Shown: piece after piece, positions 11,258-20,664 of the stretch | Numbering within the stretch: the first letter of the stretch is position 1 | Layout: the number at the start of each line of letters is the position of its first letter | Program-made: the position numbers and the translations under genes | From: Hyaloraphidium curvatum SAG 235-1 | Taxonomy: Eukaryota > Fungi > Monoblepharomycota | NCBI GenBank assembly: GCA_025558095.1 | Contig: JAIVFI010000004.1 | Span: 372,001 to 436,000, forward strand | Length of the DNA stretch: 64,000 nt | Reading direction: 5' to 3' | Notes under the pieces: model-generated | Databases searched by the model: none | The model's input: only the letters and a program-made list of their open reading frames with translations | Told to the model about the DNA's origin: nothing

Positions 11258-13756
11258 ATGGAGCGCGACGAGCTTCGGGGCGTGCGCGACGAGCCGCTGC
11301 TCGGCCCCGGCGTGGCCGATGACATGCGCCGCGCGTTCGAGGCGTTTCTCGGATGGCGGGCAGACCAAGAAGCGCGGGCCGCCCAGGGAGCGCGGGCGGC
11401 GCAGGGCGCGCGGGCGGCGCAGGAAGCGCAGGCCGCAGAGGACCAAGAGGACGCAGAGGATGCGCCCGCCGCGCCGCCGCCGCCGCCGCCGCCGCCCGCT
11501 GCGGTGGCGGCGCTGCGGCTCGCCGACGGCCGCATCCGTGACGCCCTGGCCGCCGCGGCGTCGCTGGCCGCCGGCGCCACGCGCGAAACGATCGACCTCG
11601 TCGTCGGCTCGCTGCAGCGTGCCGCGGTCCACCTGAGTGGCCCCCCCGCAGACGACCTGAGGCGCCTGGCCGAGGTGATCCGCGGCGGCGAGCTCCCATC
11701 CACCGACGAGCTGGCCGCCGCCGCCCGCGGCGCCGAGGCCGGCCTCGCCGACGCCGCCGCGGTGGTCGGCGTCGCCCTCCCCTTGCTGGCCGGCGCCGAG
11801 GCCTTCGTGCGTGGCATAAGGGACCGCGGCACGCTGGCCGCGCAGGCCGCCGCCGACCTCGCACAGAAGGTGGTCGCGGGCGACGAGGACGCGCTCAAGC
11901 GCGCATGCAAGGAGCGGAACCTGCCTCGCAGTTGCGACGGCCTCGGGGGCGCCATCCAGGACGCCGTCAACAAGGAACCCGACTCGGCCAAGAAGCAGAA
12001 GATCGCCGAGGCCGGCGCCACCGTGATCACGGCCGCGGGCGAGCTCGTGAAGGGTGCCAATGAGGACGTACGCGCAGCCGTCGAGTTCCGGGTGCAGGAG
12101 GGGGACGAGGACCGCACCCTCAAGGACGCCCAGGATGCTATCAAGGTCGCCGAGAATAACCGCGCAGATGCGAAAGCGGAACTCAAGGTGCTCGACAAGC
12201 AGCGCGACGACAAGCAGAAACAGGCTGAGCAAAAGGCGTCGGAGCAGGCGCAGAAGGCGAAGGCACTGGAGACAGCGGCGGCCGAGCAGATCGGTGCCGC
12301 GGATGCCCGCAACCGGGCCGCGGCGTCGCTTGCGGCGGCGGAGGAGGCCCTGCGCGCGCAGAAGGCGATCGCTGAGCAGGCCGCCCTCGTGGGCGAAGCC
12401 AAGGCCAAGATGGCCAGCGAGGCGGCCGGCAGGCTGGCCTTAGCCACCGAGAAGCAGAAGGCGGCGAAGGAAGCATTCGATGAAGCCGACAAGGCATGGA
12501 CCGGTGCGAAGACGGCCCTCGCAGAAGCCGCCAAAGCTACGACCACGGCGGAGCAAGCGCTCGCCAAGGCCAACGATGCCCTCATCAAGGCGCAGCGCAA
12601 GCACTCGGACGCCGAGCGCGAGCTGGCGAAGGCCCAGCGCCGCGTGCGCGAGCTCGACCACCGCCACAAGGCCCTCACCGCGGCCCTGGAGAAGATCCGG
12701 GCCGCGCGCCAACAGCTCGCGGACAGGATTGCCGAAGCCAAGCGCAAGAACTGCAACCTCTTCACCGCGCTCGCGGGGCTCGCCTCCACCCTGATCCCCG
12801 GCATCGGCCAGGCGCTGATGTTCCTCACGCCCTTGCTCGGAAACCTGTTTGGGGCCGTGCACGATGCGATCCACGCGGGCTCGCTGGAGCAGCTAGATGC
12901 GCAGATCGGCATTGTCCAAGGGCAGATCTCCAAGGTGGATGCGAAGATGGCGGGCGCGAACAACAATGTGACAACCGCCGCCACCGGGCTCGCCCAAGCC
13001 GCGGCAGGCCTCACGGACGCGGACTCGAAAAAGCAGGCTGCAGGCAGCGACGCAAAAACTGCTCGGGAAACGTGCGAAGCCGCCAGGAAAGGGGCCGTCC
13101 TTGCAGCAGACAAGCAGCGCGAGACCGACAAGGCGCTCAAAACCGCGGACGCCGACCTCACCATCGGCAAGCACGCGGATGCCCTGGCACGCAACGACGC
13201 AGCCGCGGCCGCCCAGATCAGGGAGGAGGCCGACAAGGATGCGCGCGAAAAGGCCGGAGACAAGGACCAGCTGGCGAAGGCGGCTGCTGAGGCCAACGAG
13301 GCCTGTGACAAGGCGAGGGACAAGTGCGAGGGCGCCTCGAAGGAGCTCTACGATGCCGACCAGGAGGCCACAAGGGCCCTGAACGATTTCACAGCTGCCA
13401 ACGTGAAGGCCAAGGAAGTCTTTGCCAAACGCGAGAAGCACAGCGAGGAAGCCTACCAACATGCGAACGTCCGGGACGCGGCGACCGTTCTCCGCGCCTC
13501 CGTGGCCGCGGCCAAAGACGGCATGGCGAAGCTGGCGATGGAGCAAAACGTGGTTGCCGGGGTCACCCCGCTCGCCGTGGGCCCCATCCTAGCCGGGAAC
13601 CTGCACAAAGCTGCGGTCGCGGCCGCCGACGCGTTCTCGGAGATCCCGAAGAAGCTGCCGGGCCTGCGGCCCGACATGGACGGGCTCATCCAGTGGCTGG
13701 CTTTTCCCCAGCAGCCGCAGCCGGTACCCGAGCCGGTCGTGGAGAACAGTAAGTAG
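11258..13756 (+). CDS. 832-aa Ala/Lys/Glu-rich coiled-coil protein with a central hydrophobic hairpin
   Basis: Long intronless ORF with GC3-rich codons. Heptad-like helices flank LFTALAGLASTLIPGIGQALMFLTPLLGNLFGAV. Confidence 0.8.
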   Translation: MERDELRGVRDEPLLGPGVADDMRRAFEAFLGWRADQEARAAQGARAAQGARAAQEAQAAEDQEDAEDAPAAPPPPPPPPAAVAALRLADGRIRDALAAAASLAAGATRETIDLVVGSLQRAAVHLSGPPADDLRRLAEVIRGGELPSTDELAAAARGAEAGLADAAAVVGVALPLLAGAEAFVRGIRDRGTLAAQAAADLAQKVVAGDEDALKRACKERNLPRSCDGLGGAIQDAVNKEPDSAKKQKIAEAGATVITAAGELVKGANEDVRAAVEFRVQEGDEDRTLKDAQDAIKVAENNRADAKAELKVLDKQRDDKQKQAEQKASEQAQKAKALETAAAEQIGAADARNRAAASLAAAEEALRAQKAIAEQAALVGEAKAKMASEAAGRLALATEKQKAAKEAFDEADKAWTGAKTALAEAAKATTTAEQALAKANDALIKAQRKHSDAERELAKAQRRVRELDHRHKALTAALEKIRAARQQLADRIAEAKRKNCNLFTALAGLASTLIPGIGQALMFLTPLLGNLFGAVHDAIHAGSLEQLDAQIGIVQGQISKVDAKMAGANNNVTTAATGLAQAAAGLTDADSKKQAAGSDAKTARETCEAARKGAVLAADKQRETDKALKTADADLTIGKHADALARNDAAAAAQIREEADKDAREKAGDKDQLAKAAAEANEACDKARDKCEGASKELYDADQEATRALNDFTAANVKAKEVFAKREKHSEEAYQHANVRDAATVLRASVAAAKDGMAKLAMEQNVVAGVTPLAVGPILAGNLHKAAVAAADAFSEIPKKLPGLRPDMDGLIQWLAFPQQPQPVPEPVVENSK

Positions 13757-14071
13757 CCGTCGCTGCGGCAAACCGCATGATCCCTGACGCCTTCTACAGG
13801 GCCATGGGCGGTTTGATCGGTAGGGGCCCTGTGTGCCGGAGCGAGCATGCGCTGGGGGCACCTTGGCGGGGCAGCTTTCAATGGACGGATGCTCTCCAGT
13901 AGACAACGATGCCATTGTATGGAGTTCAATCAGTAGTCAATCAGCAGTTGAATCAGTCAGTCTAGTTATCCTTGCTCTCTTCCCACGATCCGCTCCACGA
14001 CGCGGCGACCGATTCTGCCCCGCAACGCCCTCGTCCTCGAGCTGATAACCCGCAACATGATCGTCGGACCG

Positions 14072-15324
14072 TCAGGCGGCGACGCACCGCAGCTCCCCAG
14101 TTCCTTCGTCGAAAGTCACCCAGGCCCCCGCCCCCGTCGGCCCCTGATGCCTCCCTCCGCCGCGGGATTCCCACACCAGCCAGAACCACAGGTGCGCCAG
14201 TGCCTCCGCTGTCGTCACCCTCCCCCTCTGATCGACCTCCAGCATCCTTCCCACAAGGTCCCTGAACGCCACCGAGAACCCGGCGGGCAGCCCGCCCCAC
14301 CGGCCGAGCTCGATCGACGCGTAGAGGTCGCCGAAGTCGACCTCGCTGCCGTAGGCCGCGCCCCGGACGATCTCGGGGGTGCGACACAGGGGCGAGGTAG
14401 AACGGGGTCCCCGCGATCGTCTGGAAGGGCGCCTGCGCGAAGAAGAAGTTTGGCGACGAGGAGCACACCACCGTCGCGTCAAAATCGGCGACGGCCAGGT
14501 CCGATGGGTCCTCTTCCGGACGGCGGAGGAGCGCGTTCGAGGGTTTGAGATCGCGATGCGCGATGCCGTTTGGAGGTATGCGAGGGCGGACAAGATGGAG
14601 CGCAGGATGGGGCGCAGGGAGCGCTCCGGGATGGGGCCGTGCGAGTGGAGATAGGCCAGGCGCAAGTGTTCCTGCGTGCTGGACAAAGTGTGTCGTGCCA
14701 GGGCATCTCTGGTGCCCTGCAAAATACTCAGCTCGGTCCTTCAAATGTCTAAGGAAGACGTACCTCGAATGCAGGGCAGGGTTCGCACTTCACAAGGTAG
14801 TCCGGGCATGTTTCATCGTGTTGGTCTTTCCAGATCCTCTCCACAGGCCTGAAAAGCTCCATTCCGCGCTCTTTCACCTGCGCCTGGCAGTGCTCGCAGC
14901 GGAAGGCTTGGCACTTCGAAAGATGTGCCTCCACTTCCGACATGGCACCTTCCCAGCCGCAGCTTTTCCATCTCGGGCATTGCACTTTGAAGTTGAGATA
15001 CTGGCGTTTCCCAAAGGCGCTCCACTCTTCGAACTTGATCGCGCCCACCACGTTTCCCTTGCACGATGGGCAGAGCACGCGGGTGTCCCGTGGCGTCGGC
15101 GCAGGATCGTCCTTTAGGTTCTGCAACGCGTCCGACGCGCTGCTCCGCCCGCTCTTCCGCCCGCTCTTGAGCTCTTCCCAGCAGTAAGGCTCCCCGCAGA
15201 GGTGGTGCTCGCACGCCTTCTCGTCGGTCTCGAGCAGAACAGGATTGCGCCACGGGTAGCACTCGTTCAAGCAAATGGGGCAAGGGAACGCCGGCGGCAG
15301 TGGTTCGCGGCCAAAGGTCGCCAT
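14072..15324 (-). pseudogene. RING + TRAF-type zinc-finger gene joined to a degraded Ser/Thr kinase C-lobe
   Basis: CPICLNEC...CEHHLC...CPSC, then CPRWKSCGWEG..SEVEAHLSKC. Intron 14717-14763. Kinase motifs GIAHRDLKPSN, ADFD, GTPFYLAP and RDLVGRMLEVD..R.T..EALAH lie in shifting frames. Confidence 0.7.
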
Positions 15325-15745
15325 TGTCTGGAAGAACGGCCCTGCTGACCGCGCGGGGAGCAACGCGATGGCCTCTGCACCCGCGTTGATGATGATGGGG
15401 GGGAACCCGGTTCCCCGGCCCCTCACGCACAAGCTAATCGGCATCAGCTGCTCCGCATCTAGATTTAAGATCAAGGTATGCCTAGAACTAGGCTGCGGTG
15501 AGTGGGATTGTCGTTCCTGTGTGACTGCGGCGGCCCATGCAGGAGGCCCAAAAGCTGGCGTGCCCATGTCCGTCCGGCGGATGGATGCCAAGTTCGCCAA
15601 AATTTGGTGCCAAGTTCGCCATAACTAGGGTCGAGTTCTTGCTGGGCTCAGCCCTGGCGTTTCCCATGCCTTCCATTATTCGCCTTTTGCTATTCCCTAT
15701 GCGCCGCGTTGACGGCGAAGTCGAGTTGGTGAACCTCCTCCGAAT

Positions 15746-16533
15746 TCACCATGTTCTTGTAGCCTGCTCCCACGTGAGAACATTGATGCGGTCGCACGGC
15801 ACCGGATTGGACATTGCAGCATTCGGCGGGCATCGATCGTATGCTACATGACTGTTGCTTTTATGCAACAACAGACCACAAGGTAAGGTTACAGTTCTAA
15901 AAGGGCCAGAGAGCAGGCCAGAGAGCAGGTGGTGCGCCGCGAATAACCCAGGGAAGTTATTCATGCTTTGGCGGGCCTCCTTTTCCGCGGGCTCAACTCC
16001 TTGTGCACATCCTCCTCTGGTGGCACATTGGCTGTGAGCTTCCATAGACAACCGGCTCTCTTGGTTACTTACCCAATCCATTATGTGCCCTGAGGAGTAT
16101 AGCTTTATTATCTCATCCGGCCAACGGCCCGGCATCATGGCCGAGTCTCTGCTCCTTTCCACGCACAGCCGACACCCGAAACCCGGGCACGTCTTCATGT
16201 GCGCTTCGAGGTCCCCTATTTCGCGACTAGTCCATCCGTAGGCCTCGCGGCGGGGGCAGTCGACGAGCACGCCCAGGTAGGCGCTGTACCGCATTCCGCC
16301 AAGATCTTTCAAAAGAGCCGAGGCCACCACGACGCCCCTGCACTTCGGGCACACTTTGCCGTATTCAGCGAGGCAGCGTTCCGCGCACTCTGCGCAGAGC
16401 AGGTGATCGCAGGGCAACACAGGGTTGGCACGCGGTGCGGGAGGCAGTCTTCGTAGCACACCGGGCACGTGATGTCGATGGCGGCGGCCATGCCCTGGCC
16501 ATTGGGCGGCGGCGCGGCAGAGCTGGTGGGCAT
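15746..16533 (-). pseudogene. Second RING/TRAF-like zinc-finger paralogue, frameshifted
   Basis: CPVCYEDC in one frame; CDHLLCAEC..CPKC..VDCPRR..GW..EAHMKTC in another frame. Confidence 0.6.
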
Positions 16534-16949
16534 CGCCGCGGGTTCGGGTCGCGGCGCGGCCGAGTCGGCGGGCATCGCTTCGGGTAGCTGCACTTGGCGC
16601 AGAAGATCCACCAACTACTGTTGCACGTCAGCCAACACCACGTGACCATGCTTTGAACAGGAGCGAATCGGAGAATCGCCGCCTTCAAACGCGTAGTGGT
16701 CTCCGGATCGGAACGCGGTGACGCCTGCTTTCGTTTGGGCATGGGCGACGGGCGAGAGAGCGCGACAGTGGACTTGCGGACCGCTGGCAACGCGGCGCCC
16801 TCCATAGCTTGGGGCGCTGTGGACACGCTCTCGTGGGTAATGGGCGGACGGCAGAATCGCGGCAGAGCCGCCGCGTCTACATCCTCCTCGCGCACATTCG
16901 AGTGCCGCATGCCCATACGCGAGGCCTCGCACGGGGCCACTATCAACCC

Positions 16950-18151
16950 CTGCCACGCACCCGCCCTTCCTCCTCCCCGGGCGGCACTTCCATTCGGTTT
17001 CGTACGTCATCACCTCAAACGACTCCTGGCTTAGCGTGTTTCTGCAGGACGAATTCGGCCAGGGAAGGCAGCGCGTGTACAACCTCGGCCTGACGGGCGG
17101 CTGGGTCGCCCGGCAGGGAGACACGGTCGGCGTCGGGTACCACCCCCGCCGCGGCGGCATCTTCTTCACCATCAACGGCCGCCGCATCCCCATCCCGCTG
17201 GACGAGGAGGAGCTCGGGAAGCGGGACGCTGATTCCGAGGAGGACAGGGAGCCGCTGCTCGCGGGGAGCGCGGCTCTGCGGGACGAGTGGGCGCAGTACT
17301 TTGCCGTCGAGGACTCGCGGTACGCGTGGCATCCCGTGGTCGGTTCCACGGGGCCGGGCGTGGTGCTCGTCAACACGGGGCGGGACGAGTTCCTGTTCCA
17401 CGGATCCAACTTCGAGGGGGACATCGGGCACGTCGGCCATGGCGCCACCGTCGAGGCTGCCGATATGCCGGTGCCTGGTGGTACGGCTGGACCCGCAGCG
17501 CTGGGTTCCCCGTCGGGCTCCGCACAGGCTGCATCACCGAACCCTTCGACCTCTGGCCTGGACTTTATGAGGCGGCCTAGCACCTCGGCTTCGGAACGCG
17601 CCCCAGCGGCCGGTCCTTCCTCCGCAGCCGGCTCGTTCTCGACTTCGCACTCCTTCGGAACATCTCCCGTCTCGCAGGCCGACCTGGTCCTGCCGCTCGA
17701 GCTGCGCCGGGCATACCTGCAGGACCCTGTCGAGGCAATCGACGCGGCACTGGACAATGTGCGGATCCTGAACCCGCAGGCGCGCTCGATCCTTGCTAGA
17801 TCGCGCGCCCCGCGCGAGACCTTCGTCATCCCCCGCCCCGGCACAACCGCCCAAGCCCCCCCGCCCGACTACGAGGCGGCGGTCACCCCGCCTCCCGGTG
17901 CGCAGCCCCCCGCGCCGTCCCCCGAACGGCGCCCCTCGCTCGCCAGCCCGTCGCGCCCGCGGACCCCACGGCTGCGCGCGGACGACGACGAGGTGCGCGG
18001 GCACCGCCGCAACCTCTCGGGCACGCCGGCGCCCGACCCGCCCGGCGCGGAGAGGGTGTCGCTGCAGATCCGGAGGTCGATCGAGGACTTCAGGGCGCCG
18101 CGTCCCGTCCTCCTTCAGCACCTCGACCCTGCCCGACCTGCCCGGTGCTGA
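16950..18151 (+). CDS. SPRY/B30.2 domain protein (SSH4-like); 5' end unclear or damaged
   Basis: FLLPGRHFHSVSY, GDTVGVGYHPRRGGIFFTINGR and HPVVGSTGPGVVLVNTG..F motifs. PPPDY motif in the tail. Confidence 0.65.
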
Positions 18152-18275
18152 AGTTGCGCATTGATGGGACCGGAGTCACTTCGCCACGAGTCGCCGAATC
18201 TTTCCTCCCTCCCTACACGGGAAGACAGTGCCATGACAGGGCTTTGCATTCGGATGGTTACATTCCCAACGCCGC

Positions 18276-20036
18276 TCAGTTTCCCACTTGCAGCGACCCC
18301 CTCCGCTGCAACCTCGGCGCAAACACCTCGTTGGCCTTTCCCAGCGTCTCCCTGATCTCCCCCCCCGACCCCAGCATCAGCGCATCATCCGGCATCGCCG
18401 CCTCTGCCCCGCCCCCCACCCCATCCGCGGCCGCAGGGAACTCCTGCACCGAGCCGCTCCGGGCCGGCCGGACCCCCGCCTCGCGCATCTCCCTCGCAAA
18501 CGCCCCCGCGAGCTGCCGCGGCATCATCCCCTCGTTCCTCCCCACCGCATCCATGTACGCCCTCGCCTCCTCCGCCATGGCATCCAGCTTCGCCAGCTCC
18601 GCCTCCCACAGCGTGCGTGCACCGTGCTCCGCGGGCGGCCCGGCGAGGACCGTCCCGTGCCGCGCGCCCAGGACCACCCGGCCGGCGAGGTACACCGAAA
18701 AGATGGAAGAGTGGTGGCCATGCTCCAGGGACGGATCGGCGCGGCGGATGGATCGCGAGAGGGAGAGGATGCGCGAGGCGCGGAGCAGCGCGGCGGAGGG
18801 AAAGTCCAGGGCGACGAAGGTGGCGACGGCGACGGCGTCGCCCCGGATGGCCATCTGCGCGGCAAAGTCCGTGCGCTCGAGGGTGCCCAGGAGGGGCTCG
18901 CCCGAGTAGAAGGCGGAGAGATCGCCCGCCTCGAGGGCCTGGGCAAAGTCGGCGGGCACGGCGGAGCAGAAGACGTCGTAGAAGGTGGAGACCGCGCCCA
19001 GGGCGAGGGCACGCGGGTCGTCGCCGGACCGGCCGGCGGATGCTGCCTGCTTGAGTGTCAAAAGGACGTAGCAGAGGAAGGTGGTGGCCCAGTTCATGCA
19101 GACGATGGAGCCCCTGCCCGAGAAGGGGCGCGCGACGAGGTCGCGGATTGCCGATGCGCCCGCGGCGAGGTCCAGCGGCGAGGGGAAGGTGAATGTGTGG
19201 TCCTCGGCCCAGTGCTCGTGGCGGAAGCGCTGGAATGCACCGGCGGTGTCCGGGTCGTAGAAGAGCTCGTCCGAAGCAGGCACGGGCGAGGGCCGCGAGA
19301 ACCACGGCGCGAGGAGGGTCCATCCCTCGGCGTTCTGCGCCACGCCCAGGTCCATCGACGCCACGAGCACCTGCAGCCTGACGAGCTGCTCGCGGAACAG
19401 CCAGTCGATCTCCGTCTCGGGCAGCCCCGGGGCCATTCGAGCAAACAGAGCCTCGCAGCACGTTGCCGTGCGCGCCAGCAGCGGCACCATGCGCCGCGGC
19501 ACGCCGGCGAGCAGCACGGTGTCGCACAGGCAGAACAGCGCCTGCGCCGTCTCGAGGTCATCCTCGTTGCGCGCGAGCAGCAGCTCGACGGCGCGGTCCA
19601 GGCAGTACTTCGCTACGGCATTCCGCTCCATCTCGGGGATCGGCAGCCTCCTGGCGCCGGTGCACGCCATCGCGTACATGAGCGCCACGGGCCGCCGCGA
19701 GTACACCGAGGGACGGCCCTCCATGGCGGCCTCGAACGACGGCCGGTGGAGCATCGGCAGCACCTTGTACTGGTAGTCCCACAGAGAGCGCACCGCCTGC
19801 GGGATCAGCCACGCGATCGACGGCGCCTCCGGGTGCGGCACCGTCGGCAGCGTGGGCGACGGCGACGCGAGGGAGCCGGGCGGCGAGGGCGACGCCAGAG
19901 ACCCGGTTTCGGGCGGCGATTCGGCGTCCGCCTCGGCGCCGTCCGCGGCCCGCGCGGCGGCGGCCAGCGCGGCACGCCAGCTGGCGGGTACGCGGCGGTA
20001 GCCCGGCACCGGCGGAGGCCCGCACGGCTCGCTCAT
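18276..20036 (-). CDS. Fungal-specific transcription factor domain (middle homology region) protein
   Basis: PMLHRPSF, ALMYAMACTGAR, LETAQAL and REQLVRL..SMD motifs. No Zn2Cys6 cluster seen upstream. Confidence 0.7.
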   Translation of the reverse strand: MSEPCGPPPVPGYRRVPASWRAALAAAARAADGAEADAESPPETGSLASPSPPGSLASPSPTLPTVPHPEAPSIAWLIPQAVRSLWDYQYKVLPMLHRPSFEAAMEGRPSVYSRRPVALMYAMACTGARRLPIPEMERNAVAKYCLDRAVELLLARNEDDLETAQALFCLCDTVLLAGVPRRMVPLLARTATCCEALFARMAPGLPETEIDWLFREQLVRLQVLVASMDLGVAQNAEGWTLLAPWFSRPSPVPASDELFYDPDTAGAFQRFRHEHWAEDHTFTFPSPLDLAAGASAIRDLVARPFSGRGSIVCMNWATTFLCYVLLTLKQAASAGRSGDDPRALALGAVSTFYDVFCSAVPADFAQALEAGDLSAFYSGEPLLGTLERTDFAAQMAIRGDAVAVATFVALDFPSAALLRASRILSLSRSIRRADPSLEHGHHSSIFSVYLAGRVVLGARHGTVLAGPPAEHGARTLWEAELAKLDAMAEEARAYMDAVGRNEGMMPRQLAGAFAREMREAGVRPARSGSVQEFPAAADGVGGGAEAAMPDDALMLGSGGEIRETLGKANEVFAPRLQRRGSLQVGN

Positions 20037-20664
20037 CCGGGTCGGTCGGGGACTCGGAGTCGGGGCCGTGATGATGACTTCGGTCCTGCAAATCCTCAAG
20101 GATGCGCCACGCCGACGATCGCTCCGGCATCGTTGGGCGGACGGTGCCGGCTTCGGCCATTGTCGGATCGCCCATCGATTCGGCCCCTCAATCCGGCCCG
20201 GTGGCCTCTCGGCGATGGATCCGCCCATCGACCCAGCCGGTCCTGATCGTGGTGGCAAATCAAGTCTGGTTCCGTGAAAGGAGCGCCTCCAAGGCATGCA
20301 AGCTCTGCCGCGTCGCCTGGATCGAGTCCGATTGATGTTGGTGAGCACTGGACGGGCCCGCGAAAAGCTCCCTCGCAAGAGGATCTAGGATCACTTCTCG
20401 CAGATTGTCCCCCGCGGGCAACACAGCGAGCCTCCAAAGGTCCCATGCGCAGGCTTAAGTGACCATACACCAAAATCGGCAGCCTAGAAGTGACCTGCAG
20501 GTGGTTGATTTGTCCTCGACGTGCCACGCCCCAATCCGCCCAAAGGTGGCCCAAAGGGGCAATGGTGCCGTTGCGCTGACAGCGCAACATCAGCCTGGTT
20601 CCCGCACGCAATTGTTTTGTTTTGCTCGCCCCCGGGGCGGACGCTGGACGCCGGGGTTCCCGCT

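Noticed and set aside
9769-13323. 1184-aa minus-strand ORF and many other long overlapping ORFs (e.g. 5608-7572, 34842-36905)
   Set aside because: Antisense or off-frame shadows of real GC-rich genes, with low-complexity Arg/Ala/Ser translations and no motifs.
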